Part shown: positions 29,698 to 39,801 of the stretch, one piece after another
How positions within the stretch are numbered: the stretch's first letter is position 1
How the letters are laid out: every line of letters starts with the position of its first letter
Source of the DNA: an uncultured Bacillota bacterium
Lineage (GTDB): Bacteria; Bacillota; Clostridia; Christensenellales; UBA1242
Direction: 5' to 3'
NCBI GenBank assembly: GCA_949289785.1
Contig: CASEOW010000022.1
Coordinates: 1 to 62,153, forward strand
Length of the DNA stretch: 62,153 bases
The notes under the pieces: model-generated
Seen by the model: only the letters and a program-made list of their open reading frames with translations
What the model was told of the DNA's origin: nothing
Databases searched by the model: none
Translations under genes and position numbers: made by a program

Positions 29698-30837
29698 ATG
29701 AGTAAGAAAAAGGATAATATTTTTTATAAAAATGATTTTTGGATAAGGTTAAGTCTTACCATATTTTTTATGTCTATACTTTTAATTATTTTAATTGAAG
29801 GTAATATACAATTATTTTTTAGTAAAACTAATTATGTTAGTTCATATCAAAATTATGATTTTCAGTTACATGTTATTGATGTCGGGCAAGGGGATAGTTT
29901 TTTAATAAAATTTCCAAATGATAAAGTTATGTTAATTGATACTGGCGAAGAGGAAGAGGGACAAAATGTTGTAAATTACATTAAAGAATTTTTAAAAAGA
30001 GAAAATTTAACTCAAATAGATTATCTGTTATTGACACATCAAGATTCAGACCATGTTGGAGGGGCTATAGATGTTTTAAATGAAATTAAAGTTGAAAATG
30101 TATTCAGACCAAAAGTTTTAGTAGAAAATGAGGTTCAATTAATTGAAAAATATCCTAATTATACGATATCTAATACGCAAACATATTCAAATGTTATCAA
30201 TCTTGCTTATCACAATAATTGTAACATTTTATTTAATGAGTCTGGTTTAAAATTAGATTTTGAAGGTGCCATAGTTGAGTTTTTATCTCCTAGTGAAGAT
30301 GTTTATTCTAATTCAAATGATTATAGTGCAGTATTAATGATTACATATCAAACAAAAAAGTTTTTGTTTATGGGAGATGCAAGTGTAGAAATTGAACAAA
30401 AACTTATTGAAAATTATGGCGAAAATCTTAAATGTGATGTTTTAAAGGTAGGGCACCATGGTTCTAAAACTTCATCTTCTGAAGAATTTTTAAAATTAAT
30501 ATCTCCAACTTATTCAATAATATCAGCAGAAGAAAAATCTGGTTTACCTTCTAGTATTGTAACAAATAATTTAAATGCTATAGGAAGTAAAATTCTTTCA
30601 ACTGCAAATTTTAAAAACTTTGCTCTTACTGTTAAAAATAATAAAATAATTTATAGTTTATCTGATAAACCTTTTAATGAACTTGCTTTATTTTTATCAA
30701 TAATTTTGTTAATAATAATTTTGATATGGGGTATAAAAATTAATAAAAATAAAAAAATGTTTATTAATACCAGTATACCAAATTCCAATAAAACAATTGT
30801 AAAAAATTATGATAAAGAAAATGTTGATGTTATATAA
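29698..30837 (+). CDS. Membrane-anchored MBL-fold hydrolase, ComEC/Rec2 C-terminal-domain-like
   Basis: An N-terminal TM helix, then HVIDVGQGDSFLI, LLLTHQDSDHVGG and KVGHHGS, and a C-terminal TM helix. Confidence 0.7.
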   Translation: MSKKKDNIFYKNDFWIRLSLTIFFMSILLIILIEGNIQLFFSKTNYVSSYQNYDFQLHVIDVGQGDSFLIKFPNDKVMLIDTGEEEEGQNVVNYIKEFLKRENLTQIDYLLLTHQDSDHVGGAIDVLNEIKVENVFRPKVLVENEVQLIEKYPNYTISNTQTYSNVINLAYHNNCNILFNESGLKLDFEGAIVEFLSPSEDVYSNSNDYSAVLMITYQTKKFLFMGDASVEIEQKLIENYGENLKCDVLKVGHHGSKTSSSEEFLKLISPTYSIISAEEKSGLPSSIVTNNLNAIGSKILSTANFKNFALTVKNNKIIYSLSDKPFNELALFLSIILLIIILIWGIKINKNKKMFINTSIPNSNKTIVKNYDKENVDVI

Positions 30838-30879
30838 TAAAACAAAATTTTTTAAAAATTTAAATTTTAATATAAATCT

Positions 30880-30908
30880 TTGTAATAAAATAAAATTTAT
30901 GTTATCAT
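30880..30908 (+). promoter_or_regulatory. Promoter TTGTAA-17-TGtTATCAT, with the ATG 6 nt downstream (leaderless candidate)
   Basis: -35 at 30880-30885 and -10 at 30903-30908. The ATG is at 30915 and there is no SD. Confidence 0.45.
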
Positions 30909-30914
30909 ACTTAC

Positions 30915-31382
30915 ATGATTAGAAAAAAAAATATTACAAATTTATTGCTTGTATCTTTAGATGAAAAGTTTTGTAAATCAATTTCTAAAGAATTATCAAC
31001 AAGACTAGATATGTATAATTGTGATTGCAAAGAATTGATAGTCTATGATCTTATTGATCCTAAAGATGTCCTTGACAAGTGTGGAATAGAATATTTCAAA
31101 AAACGAGAAAATAGTGTTTTAAATAATTGTGCCAATTTTGAAAATACTATAATTACTATAGATTTTCAACTTTTTAAGGAATATTTTAACTTGTTTAATA
31201 ATTCACTAATAATTTTTATTTTTGTTAAAAATAAATTAAATTTTAAAGTTATTAATAAAATTGATTTTGATTATAGAAATAACTTTTTAAAAGAAAAATC
31301 CGATATTATTATTCCGGTTGATAAGAAAAATATTAATTTAATTTGCGATAATATAATAGAAAATTTAAAGGAGACAGTATGA
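30915..31382 (+). CDS. Hypothetical protein, possibly a P-loop-less shikimate-kinase-fold relative
   Basis: 155 aa. Its stop overlaps the tkt start (ATGA at 31379-31382). The layout N-LLLVSLDEKFCKSISKELS..L....D.D resembles the shikimate kinase N-terminus, but GxxGxGKS is absent. This is a tentative call. Confidence 0.35.
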   Translation: MIRKKNITNLLLVSLDEKFCKSISKELSTRLDMYNCDCKELIVYDLIDPKDVLDKCGIEYFKKRENSVLNNCANFENTIITIDFQLFKEYFNLFNNSLIIFIFVKNKLNFKVINKIDFDYRNNFLKEKSDIIIPVDKKNINLICDNIIENLKETV

Positions 31383-33340
31383 AAATTTATGAAAAAACTC
31401 TAAATTATGTTAAGTCACTTACTGCGCAATCTATATCTGTTGCAAAAAGTGGACATACAGGAGCTTCTCTTGGTATTAGTGCTATGATGCTTGCACTATT
31501 TAAAGACCATTATAATTTTGATATTTCAGATACAGATTTTTTAAACCGTGATAGAATTGTTCTTTCTCTCGGACATGCTTGTCCTGTTTATTATACACTT
31601 TTATCTTTATTTGGTTTTGATGTTTCTTTACAAGATTTAAAGAATATGCGTTCTTATGGAAGTAAAACTCCAGGGCATCCAGAATATAAAATTACAGATG
31701 GAGTTGAAGTATCTACTGGACCTCTTGGACAGGGTGTAGCTAATGCTGTCGGTATGGCTATTGCTTCATCTATGATGGCTGAAAGATTTAATAGTGTAGG
31801 TTTTCCAATCATTAACAATTATACTTATTGTATTGCTGGTGATGGTTGTTTAATGGAAGGTGTTGCACAAGAAGCTTGTTCTCTTGCTGGAAACTTAAAT
31901 TTAAATAAACTAATTTTGCTTTATGATTCAAATGATGTTACTATGGATGGTAATATTAATTTATCAAATAAAGAAAATGTTTCAAAAAAATTTAAAGCAA
32001 TGGGTTGGAATGTAATTAAATGTAATAAAGGGAATGATTTTAAAGCTTGTTCTAGAGCAATTAAAAGAGCGAAAAAATCATCTTCTCCTACTATAATCAT
32101 TTTTAAAACAACTATTGGCATTGGAACTGAAAAAGAAGGCACTTCTTCTATTCATGGAGTCGCTCTAAAAGAAGATGAACTAAAAGTTTTTAACAAAAAA
32201 CTTGGAGTTTTTGAAAATTTCTATGTTCCAAATGATGTCAGAGATTGGTGTATGGAAAGCTCTAGAAAAGGAAAACTTAACCATGAAAAATGGAACCAAG
32301 AATTAGCTGTTTATGCAACTTCAAATCCAGAATTATATAAACAATTTATCAATTTCTTTGATAAGAAAAAAATAGATTTTGAAAAATTATCAAGAAATAT
32401 TTATAAATTAGAGGGGAATAGTGGAAGAGAAATAAATAAGGCAATTTTAAATTTAATTGCTGAAAAGTTAACTCAAGTTGTTGGAGGAACAGCCGATGTC
32501 TTACATTCTACTTATGCTTTTGTAGAAAATGGAGGACATTATAGTACTGCAAATAGAAGAGGAAGAAACATTCATTTTGGTGTTAGAGAACATGCTATGG
32601 GAGCCATTTGTAATGGTATTGCTTTATATGAAGATTTTATTCCTTTCTGTTCAACATTTCTTTCTTTTTCAAATTATATGTTGCCAGCTGTCAGACTTGC
32701 TTGTAGTATGAAATTAAAAGTTTTATATTTCTTCACACATGATAGTGTAATGGTTGGTAAAGATGGTGTTTCTCATCAACCAATAGAGCAAATTGCAAAT
32801 CTAAGAAATTTAATTGGTATGACTGTATTTAGACCTTGCGATCAGAATGAACTTCTTGCAGGTTATAATTGTGCGTTAAATTATAGTGGTCCTTATTCCT
32901 TTATACTATCAAGACAAAATCTTGAGGCTGTTGATGGTAAATACAAGGAAGCTATGCAGGGAGGATATATTATAAGACCTTCTCAAAAAGAAGCTGAAGT
33001 TGTTATTTTTGCCAGTGGAAGTGAAGTTTCGCTTGCTTTAAAAGTTGCAAATGAGTTATCAAAAAAACACGAAGTATCTATTGTTTCTATGCCTAGCATT
33101 GAACTTTTTGAAAGACAGACACAAAGTTATCAAAATAAGATTTTACAAAAAAATGCCAAATTAAGAGTTGCAATTGAAGCATCTAATGATAATATTTGGT
33201 ATAAATACATTGGTGAAAATGGACTTTTCTTTGGTGTAAATTCTTATCAGTGTAGTGGCGAAGGTAAAGAAGTTTATCAAAAAGCTGGATTAAATGAAAA
33301 AGATATATTAAGATTGATTAACAAAAAATTATCGAATTAA
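31379..33340 (+). CDS. tkt: Transketolase
   Basis: SGHTGASLG, the TPP-binding GDGCLMEGV.E, and HDSVMVGKDGVSHQPIEQ. GGAG RBS upstream. Confidence 0.93.
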   Translation: MKIYEKTLNYVKSLTAQSISVAKSGHTGASLGISAMMLALFKDHYNFDISDTDFLNRDRIVLSLGHACPVYYTLLSLFGFDVSLQDLKNMRSYGSKTPGHPEYKITDGVEVSTGPLGQGVANAVGMAIASSMMAERFNSVGFPIINNYTYCIAGDGCLMEGVAQEACSLAGNLNLNKLILLYDSNDVTMDGNINLSNKENVSKKFKAMGWNVIKCNKGNDFKACSRAIKRAKKSSSPTIIIFKTTIGIGTEKEGTSSIHGVALKEDELKVFNKKLGVFENFYVPNDVRDWCMESSRKGKLNHEKWNQELAVYATSNPELYKQFINFFDKKKIDFEKLSRNIYKLEGNSGREINKAILNLIAEKLTQVVGGTADVLHSTYAFVENGGHYSTANRRGRNIHFGVREHAMGAICNGIALYEDFIPFCSTFLSFSNYMLPAVRLACSMKLKVLYFFTHDSVMVGKDGVSHQPIEQIANLRNLIGMTVFRPCDQNELLAGYNCALNYSGPYSFILSRQNLEAVDGKYKEAMQGGYIIRPSQKEAEVVIFASGSEVSLALKVANELSKKHEVSIVSMPSIELFERQTQSYQNKILQKNAKLRVAIEASNDNIWYKYIGENGLFFGVNSYQCSGEGKEVYQKAGLNEKDILRLINKKLSN

Positions 33341-33442
33341 ATTTTGTTTTAAGATTTAATTAAAATTTAAAAATGTATATAAAAAATAATTTGACATATT
33401 TAGACAAAAAAAGAAATTATATTTAATAATAATTTAAACATT

Positions 33443-33484
33443 AAAAAACACCTGTTAGTATAATATATAAAGAGGTGTTTTTTT
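33443..33484 (+). terminator. Hairpin plus T-run that also contains the SD of the next gene
   Basis: AAAAAACACCT (33443-33453) pairs with AGGTGTTTTTT (33473-33483). The ATG at 33485 follows immediately. Confidence 0.5.
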
Positions 33485-34441
33485 ATGTTACAAAAAAAGA
33501 ATATTGTTCTAAATGGTATTGATGAAATAAACAAAAGGGGACTTTTATCTTTTAGTTATGATGGTGAAATGGTTAAAGGTCAACTAAGGTTGTATAATTT
33601 TGGTATAGAGCCTAAGGGAATAATTAGTCTTGGTATGGTTGTAGATGGTAAAGTTATAAAGGCAGGATTGACACGTAAAGATAATATGTTATTTACATTT
33701 TTAACTTCACTTTCTAATTTGCCACAAACCTTTTCTTGTGCAGTTGTTAATTTTAGTAATGGTCAGCCAAAACCTATTTTATTTGGAACAAGTAATGGAA
33801 ATTTAGATAAAGATATGATTTTTGACCAAGTTGTTCAATCATTAAATGAAACCAAAAACATAACTGATGTTGAAAACGTATTAGATAAATATGGTGTAGA
33901 TTATGAAGAAAATGAAAAAAAAGAAATTGAGGAAGAAATAGATAAATTTTTAAATAGTGAAAATGAAAAATCTACAACAGAAAGTATTGATTTAAATAGT
34001 GAATGTGATAAAAATTGTGAAAGTTGTGAATATAAAAAATATTACATGAAAAATAACTTTAAAATTGTTGAAAATAGTGAAAATAGTTTAAAAAAAGAAA
34101 CTGAATATACATTTTATGATGAAATAAAACAACAAATTGATAATCTTTTTGAAAATAATCCTTCTGAAGATTATTTAGAAACTTTAATTCCTAATTCAAA
34201 ATGGGTTAAAGTTGATTTAAAAAATGGGGATTATTATGTTTTAGGACTAATATACGAAAATAATAATTTAAAATATATTTGTTATGGTGTTCCGGGAGTA
34301 TATCAAAAAAATCCGCCAAGAGAACTATCTGGTTATCCTATTTGGTTCCCACTTGAAACAGAAAAACCTGAAGGTTTTGGTTATTGGCTTTCATATCAAG
34401 ATGCAGATAATGGTGAAAGTGTCAAAGCTGTTGTTGTTTAA
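33485..34441 (+). CDS. Hypothetical protein
   Basis: 318-aa ORF with an AGAGGTG RBS. It has an acidic Cys-containing middle (CDKNCESCEYKKYY) and a C-terminal YICYGVPGVY...GYWLSYQDADNGE segment. I do not recognise the family. Confidence 0.5.
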   Translation: MLQKKNIVLNGIDEINKRGLLSFSYDGEMVKGQLRLYNFGIEPKGIISLGMVVDGKVIKAGLTRKDNMLFTFLTSLSNLPQTFSCAVVNFSNGQPKPILFGTSNGNLDKDMIFDQVVQSLNETKNITDVENVLDKYGVDYEENEKKEIEEEIDKFLNSENEKSTTESIDLNSECDKNCESCEYKKYYMKNNFKIVENSENSLKKETEYTFYDEIKQQIDNLFENNPSEDYLETLIPNSKWVKVDLKNGDYYVLGLIYENNNLKYICYGVPGVYQKNPPRELSGYPIWFPLETEKPEGFGYWLSYQDADNGESVKAVVV

Positions 34442-34447
34442 AGAATT

Positions 34448-34480
34448 AAATGCTAAGAAAATTCATTCTTAGCATTTTTT
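34448..34480 (+). terminator. Intrinsic terminator
   Basis: AATGCTAAGAA pairs perfectly with TTCTTAGCATT, followed by a T-run. Confidence 0.8.
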
Positions 34481-34575
34481 ATAGGTTGCATATAAAATAA
34501 ATAATATAGCAATTTTTATTATGTGTCATAAAAATATAAAATTAAAAGTATTTATATTTTAAATGGTAGGTTAAA

Positions 34576-35493
34576 ATGTATATTTTTGTAATTGTTATAT
34601 TATCTATTTTGGTTTTATTTTTATTTCAGTTTGGTTTATATTTATTAATAGGTTATTCAAGTTGGCATTTTGCAATGTCACGAAAAAGCAAATTAAAGAA
34701 AGGAATAGAATTATCATCAAAATTAAAAAGAACTGATATTGAAAAAGAATATTTTAAAGATTTTGAAAAATTAAATATAGTTACTCAGGATAATTTGAAG
34801 CTTTTTGGGTTTTATAAAAATAATAATTGTGACAAATTAGCAATTATTGTTCATGGTTATGGTGGAAGTCATTTTGATATGTATAATCAAACAAAACTTT
34901 TTGAAAGAAAAGACTATGATACTTTAGTAGTAGATTTAAGAGCACATGGCGAAAGCGAAGGAGATATGCTAACCATGGGGAAATACGAAAGTCAAGATTT
35001 ATTATCATGGATAGATTTTATGCTTTCTATGAAAAATTATAAAATTGCATTATATGGTATATCTATGGGGGCTAGTTCCATTCTTTTGACTATTTCTGAT
35101 AAAAAAGCGAAAAATATAATTCTTGCAATTGAAGATTGTGGTTTTGATAATGCAAATCGTGAATTTTCTTATATTTTTTCAAAAAGCAAAATAAAAAGAA
35201 AATTGATATATAATTTATTTTATAGTTACACAAAAAAAGTGAAAAATATAGATTTAAAACAAATTGATATTGCAAAAAGTTTAAAAAGTTGTTCAAAACC
35301 AATACTATTTATTCATGGTGATAAAGATAATTTTGTTCCAACAGAAATGGTATTTACACTTTTTGATAGTGTTAATGAAAAAAATAGAGAACTTTATATC
35401 GCAAAAGATGCCACTCATGGAAATGCCTTTGAAATAAATCCTAATTTATATCGACAAAGAGTTTATTCATTTTTAAATAAATATGGTATGTAG
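34576..35493 (+). CDS. Membrane-anchored alpha/beta hydrolase
   Basis: N-terminal TM helix, HGYGGS, nucleophile elbow GISMGAS, HGDKDNFVP, and catalytic His in ATHGNAF. Confidence 0.75.
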   Translation: MYIFVIVILSILVLFLFQFGLYLLIGYSSWHFAMSRKSKLKKGIELSSKLKRTDIEKEYFKDFEKLNIVTQDNLKLFGFYKNNNCDKLAIIVHGYGGSHFDMYNQTKLFERKDYDTLVVDLRAHGESEGDMLTMGKYESQDLLSWIDFMLSMKNYKIALYGISMGASSILLTISDKKAKNIILAIEDCGFDNANREFSYIFSKSKIKRKLIYNLFYSYTKKVKNIDLKQIDIAKSLKSCSKPILFIHGDKDNFVPTEMVFTLFDSVNEKNRELYIAKDATHGNAFEINPNLYRQRVYSFLNKYGM

Positions 35494-35496
35494 TAA

Positions 35497-35537
35497 TAAA
35501 AAAATAGATAAGTAATTTTTAACTTATCTATTTTTTT
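35497..35537. terminator. Bidirectional terminator between the convergent hydrolase and PFOR genes
   Basis: ATAGATAAGT pairs perfectly with ACTTATCTAT. A- and T-runs flank it. Confidence 0.8.
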
Positions 35538-35542
35538 ATTAT

Positions 35543-38500
35543 TTAATTTTTATTTTCATTTTTGTAATTTTTTAAATTTACTAAAAAATCATAATCATCT
35601 TGAGCTTGCAATTTTTGTTTTTCTAAAAGATTTTCTTTTCCATTTTCAATAGTTTGTTTAAATCTTCTTTCCTTTTTTAAGAAATCAAAATAATTATCAA
35701 AATTTGTATTACTTGAAATTTCTAAATTATTATTGATAGGGTTGTAAATATAAAGTGGCCAGAATCCACATTCTACTGCTTGTTTTGTTTCATTTGTATG
35801 ATTAGCGAGGTCAAATCCTTGGTTAACGCAAGGTGAGTATGCAATAACAACACTAACACCTTCATATTCTTGTGCTTGTTTTAAAGCTTTTATAGTTTGG
35901 TTAATATCAGCTCCTAATGCAATTTGAGCAACAAAAACATCTTCGTAACTTAATGCAATTTTACCTATATTTTTCTTAGGTAAGTTTTTTCCACTTTCTG
36001 CGAATTTTACTGTTGCTCCGGTTGGAGTAGCTTTACTTTGTTGACCGCCTGTGTTTGAATAAGTTTGATTATCTAATATTAAAATATTAATATTTTCTCC
36101 ACTTGCCAATACATGGTCAAGTCCACCATAACCTATATCATAAGCCCAACCATCTCCACCAATTATCCAAACTTTTTTATCTTTTGTTTTTTCGTTAAAT
36201 TTATTACCTAACTTAATTCCTAAACCAAATTCAGCATTGTCTTCAAATAAGCTATTAGCCCATAGAATTCCATTTCCGTTTTTATCTACACTATAAGGGC
36301 AACTTCCAAAAGTTCCTCCATATATAGATGAACAGCCTGTTGCGTTTGCAATCATCATATTCGAACCATTGAGCATTGTTAAAATTTTGATATAAGATGT
36401 TTCTCCGCATCCTGCACAAGCTCCACTAAATTCAAATAATGAATCTTTAAATTGAAGTCCCTTTGCAAAGTTTTCCTTAAATAATGATTGAGTTTGTGTT
36501 GGAAGTTGAATTGTTTTTTCGTATTCTACTTTTTTATCTTCTAAAATAGAACTTGTTTCGACCATTTCAAGAGCTTTTTTAATTGCAGGACAAGTTGAAG
36601 CACAAACACCACAACCAGTACAATCTTCAGGAGATAATAAAATTTTATAAAGTTTTCCATTTAATCCTAATGCTTTTGCAAAACTTTCTTCGTCTTTAAT
36701 ATTTTCATCTACGAGAATTGCTTTAAGAGCAGAATGAGGACATGAAAGAACACAATTACCACATTGTATACAATTTTCTTTTATCCATTTAGGAAGGTTA
36801 AGTGCTATTGAGCGTTTTTCATATTTTGAAGTTCCTAAATCAGTTGAACCATCACTATTAAATTTCGATACAGGAATACTATTTCCATCAAGATTTGCTA
36901 TTGGTTTCATTATATCTTGGTAAAATTTATTATCATATTCCTTTTTAGCTGGATAAATTTTTCCTTCTAGTCCATTTACATCTATTTCAATAACATTTTC
37001 AATAGCTTTTTTTATAGAATTAATATTTTTTTCAACTACATCTTGACCTTTGCTTGCAAAAGTTTTAGTAACTTGTTCGCTAATATCTTGTATTATTTCG
37101 TTTTCTGATAAAAATTTTCCAGCCTTAAATAGAGCTGTTTGCATTATTATATTGATTTTATTTCCAAGACCACATTCAGTTGCTATTTTTTGACCATTAA
37201 TTATAAATAATTTGGCATTTTTTTCTTTTAATTTTTCAACATAGCTTTTAGGTAAAACTTTTCCTATTTCATTATTATCAAATATTGAATTAATTAAAAC
37301 TATACCATTGTTTTTTAATCCTTTTAAACAATCGTATTTTGTAACAAATGAGAAATTATTTATTGATATTACATCTTCTTCTTCAAGCAAATATTCACTT
37401 TTAATTTCTTTGTCAGATAGTCTAAGGTGTGAAATAGTTAAACTTCCAGATTTTTTAGAATCATATTCAAAATATCCTTGAATTTGTTTATTGTATTTTT
37501 CACCTAAAATTTTAACAGTTGATTTGCTTGCCGAAACAGAACCGTCACTTCCAAGTCCAAAAATTTTTATTTCCGTAATATTTTTTTCATTTTGATAAGG
37601 TTTTATTTCAAGAGATGTATTACAAATATCATCATTAATTCCAATAGTAAAATTATCTTTTTGAAGATTATCCATATTATCAAATACTGTATTGACACAA
37701 GATGGAGTAAAATCTTTGCCTCCAAGTCCATATCTTCCTGAAAGAACTTTTATTTGAATTGAATTTTTAAATAATGCACTCATTATATCTAAAGCTAGGG
37801 GACAATTTGCACCATTTTCTTTTGTTCTATCTAATACTGTTATAATTTTACAAGATTTAGGAATTTGTTCAATAAATTTATCAGTAAGGAAAGGACGATA
37901 TAATCTTACTTTAATTAAACCTAATTTTTGATTAGGATTTTCATCAATATATTCTTCGATTGTTTCGCAAGAAGAACCCATTGCTATAATTACTTTTTCG
38001 GCATTCAAGTCGCCGTAATATTCAAATGGTTTATATTTTTTACCTGTAATATTTGTAATATCATCAAAAATTTCTTGAATATCTTTATCTATTTTGTCAT
38101 ATTTATATTGATTTGCTTCTCTATTTTGGAAAAATACATCAGGGTTTTGAGCTGTTCCAAATTGCTTTTCTTTATAAGAATTTTTAAAATCATCAAAATA
38201 ATTTTTTATTACGCTTTTGATTTCATCATCAGTAAAAGTCTTTATTTTTTGTAATTCATGACTTGTTCTAAAACCATCAAAAAAGTGTAAAACTGGAAGA
38301 CCTGCTTTCATTGCAAGAGTATGACTAGCAAGCGCCATACACGCACTTTCTTGCACAGAAGATGAAGCAAGTATAATAAAACCTGTTGTTCTTGCCATCA
38401 TCACATCTGAATGGTCGCAAAAAATTGAAAGAGCACTAGATGCAACACTTCTAGCAGAAACATGAATTACACAAGGCAATCCTTCTCCAGCCATTTTTAA

Positions 38501-38785
38501 CATATTTGGTAACATCAAAAGTAAACCTTGACTAGATGTAAAAGTTGTTGAAAATGCGTGACTAATAAGTGCTCCATGAACAGCACCACTTACGCCACCT
38601 TCAGACTGCATTTCAACCATCTCTACTTTTTGACCAAATAAGTTTGGAACGCCTTTACTATTTAATTGCGAGCAATTTTCAGCCATAGGACTTGATGGGG
38701 TTATTGGAAAAATTGGTATAACTTGTGAAAGTTTATAAGCAATATCGCTTGTAGCTTTACAAGCATCAAGAATCATTGTTTTCAT
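35543..38785 (-). CDS. nifJ: Pyruvate:ferredoxin (flavodoxin) oxidoreductase, compact 1080-aa form
   Basis: IFPITPSSPM, FFDGFRTSHE, two 4Fe-4S motifs (CIQCGNCVLSCP and CTGCGVCASTCP), GACAGCGET and GGDGWAYDIGYGGLDH. The start is set at the ATG at 38785, which has a GGAG RBS. Compared with my recollection of canonical PFORs, the helical insert before the GGDGW motif is much shorter. Confidence 0.93.
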   Translation of the reverse strand: MKTMILDACKATSDIAYKLSQVIPIFPITPSSPMAENCSQLNSKGVPNLFGQKVEMVEMQSEGGVSGAVHGALISHAFSTTFTSSQGLLLMLPNMLKMAGEGLPCVIHVSARSVASSALSIFCDHSDVMMARTTGFIILASSSVQESACMALASHTLAMKAGLPVLHFFDGFRTSHELQKIKTFTDDEIKSVIKNYFDDFKNSYKEKQFGTAQNPDVFFQNREANQYKYDKIDKDIQEIFDDITNITGKKYKPFEYYGDLNAEKVIIAMGSSCETIEEYIDENPNQKLGLIKVRLYRPFLTDKFIEQIPKSCKIITVLDRTKENGANCPLALDIMSALFKNSIQIKVLSGRYGLGGKDFTPSCVNTVFDNMDNLQKDNFTIGINDDICNTSLEIKPYQNEKNITEIKIFGLGSDGSVSASKSTVKILGEKYNKQIQGYFEYDSKKSGSLTISHLRLSDKEIKSEYLLEEEDVISINNFSFVTKYDCLKGLKNNGIVLINSIFDNNEIGKVLPKSYVEKLKEKNAKLFIINGQKIATECGLGNKINIIMQTALFKAGKFLSENEIIQDISEQVTKTFASKGQDVVEKNINSIKKAIENVIEIDVNGLEGKIYPAKKEYDNKFYQDIMKPIANLDGNSIPVSKFNSDGSTDLGTSKYEKRSIALNLPKWIKENCIQCGNCVLSCPHSALKAILVDENIKDEESFAKALGLNGKLYKILLSPEDCTGCGVCASTCPAIKKALEMVETSSILEDKKVEYEKTIQLPTQTQSLFKENFAKGLQFKDSLFEFSGACAGCGETSYIKILTMLNGSNMMIANATGCSSIYGGTFGSCPYSVDKNGNGILWANSLFEDNAEFGLGIKLGNKFNEKTKDKKVWIIGGDGWAYDIGYGGLDHVLASGENINILILDNQTYSNTGGQQSKATPTGATVKFAESGKNLPKKNIGKIALSYEDVFVAQIALGADINQTIKALKQAQEYEGVSVVIAYSPCVNQGFDLANHTNETKQAVECGFWPLYIYNPINNNLEISSNTNFDNYFDFLKKERRFKQTIENGKENLLEKQKLQAQDDYDFLVNLKNYKNENKN

Positions 38786-38926
38786 AAAATCTCCTAACTT
38801 AAGTATTATATATTTTTTTAATTTTTCAGTCAATCTTTTTGCAATATTACAATACTATTATTTTTACCTTATTTATGTATAAAAACAAAAGTTTTTAATT
38901 TATTTTTTTATTTCTTAATATTAATT

Positions 38927-38954
38927 TTGAAAATTTAATTTTTATTTATATAAT
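38927..38954 (+). promoter_or_regulatory. truA promoter TTGAAA-16-TATAAT, with the ATG 6 nt downstream (leaderless candidate)
   Basis: -10 at 38949-38954. The ATG is at 38961 and there is no SD. Confidence 0.5.
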
Positions 38955-38960
38955 GGTAAC

Positions 38961-39695
38961 ATGAAAAGAATATTAATTACTGTTGAATATGATGGTTCTG
39001 GATACTATGGTTGGCAAAAACAACCATCAAAGCCAACTATACAAGGAGAAATTGAAAAAGCTATTTATAAAATTACTGGACAAAATATAGAAATTTTTGG
39101 TAGTGGAAGAACTGATGCAGGAGTTCACGCATTAAATCAAAAAGCTCACTTTGATTTGTCTTTGCCTATACCTATATCTAAGCTAGCACAAATTTTAAAT
39201 AATCAGTTGCCTGATACTATTGTTATAAAAGATGCTCAAGAAGTAGATTCTGATTTTCATGCTAGATTTTCTCTTAAAAAGAAAATATATATGTATAAAA
39301 TTTTCAATAGTGACTTTAAAGATGCTTTTTTAGCAAGAACAAGCGGTAGAATTTGGCAAGAGTTGGATATAAAAAAAATGGAAAAAGCTTCTAAGCTTTT
39401 AATTGGTAAACATAACTTTAAAGGTTTTGCAAGTTCAAATACTTGTACAGAAAATTTTGAAAGGACTATTTTTGACATAAAAATTAAAAAAGATAAAGAT
39501 TTTATTTATGTAATTGTAGAAGGAAATGGTTTTCTTTACAATATGGTTAGAATAATCGTTGGAACTTTGGTTGATTATTCTTTAGATTATTTAACATTAG
39601 ATGATATTAAATTTGCTCTTGAAAATGGTGATAGGTCAAAAGCTGGAAGAACAATGTCTGCTAGTGGTCTTTATCTCAAAGATGCAATTTATTAA
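38961..39695 (+). CDS. truA: tRNA pseudouridine(38-40) synthase TruA
   Basis: YDGSGYYGWQKQP, catalytic GSGRTDAGVHA, and FLYNMVRIIVGTL. Confidence 0.9.
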   Translation: MKRILITVEYDGSGYYGWQKQPSKPTIQGEIEKAIYKITGQNIEIFGSGRTDAGVHALNQKAHFDLSLPIPISKLAQILNNQLPDTIVIKDAQEVDSDFHARFSLKKKIYMYKIFNSDFKDAFLARTSGRIWQELDIKKMEKASKLLIGKHNFKGFASSNTCTENFERTIFDIKIKKDKDFIYVIVEGNGFLYNMVRIIVGTLVDYSLDYLTLDDIKFALENGDRSKAGRTMSASGLYLKDAIY

Positions 39696-39731
39696 ATATG
39701 CCTTTTAATAGGTCAATTTAATTGTTAATAA

Positions 39732-39760
39732 TTGATTTTTTGTTTAAAATATGATAAACT
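39732..39760 (+). promoter_or_regulatory. alaS promoter TTGATT-17-TGaTAAACT
   Basis: -35 at 39732-39737 and extended -10 at 39752-39760. This places the real start at the ATG at 39802, which has an AGGAGA RBS. Confidence 0.5.
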
Positions 39761-39801
39761 ACTTTAGTTTTAAGTTAAAAGTTATTGAAATTAGGAGAAA
39801 T

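Noticed and set aside
38786-38833. Extended ORF-track starts: PFOR at 38833, alaS at 39751, NfeD at 46876, the membrane protein at 48482, the beta-helix gene at 55402, the DUF1858 gene at 4022 and XRE at 27445
   Set aside because: In each case an internal ATG is preceded by a good RBS or sits at leaderless distance from a -10 box. The upstream extension overlaps promoter or operator elements or the preceding gene.
39696-39801. T-box or other riboswitch leader upstream of alaS
   Set aside because: The predicted promoter at 39732-39760 leaves only a ~40-nt leader. That is far too short for a T-box, and no specifier or antiterminator structure is visible.
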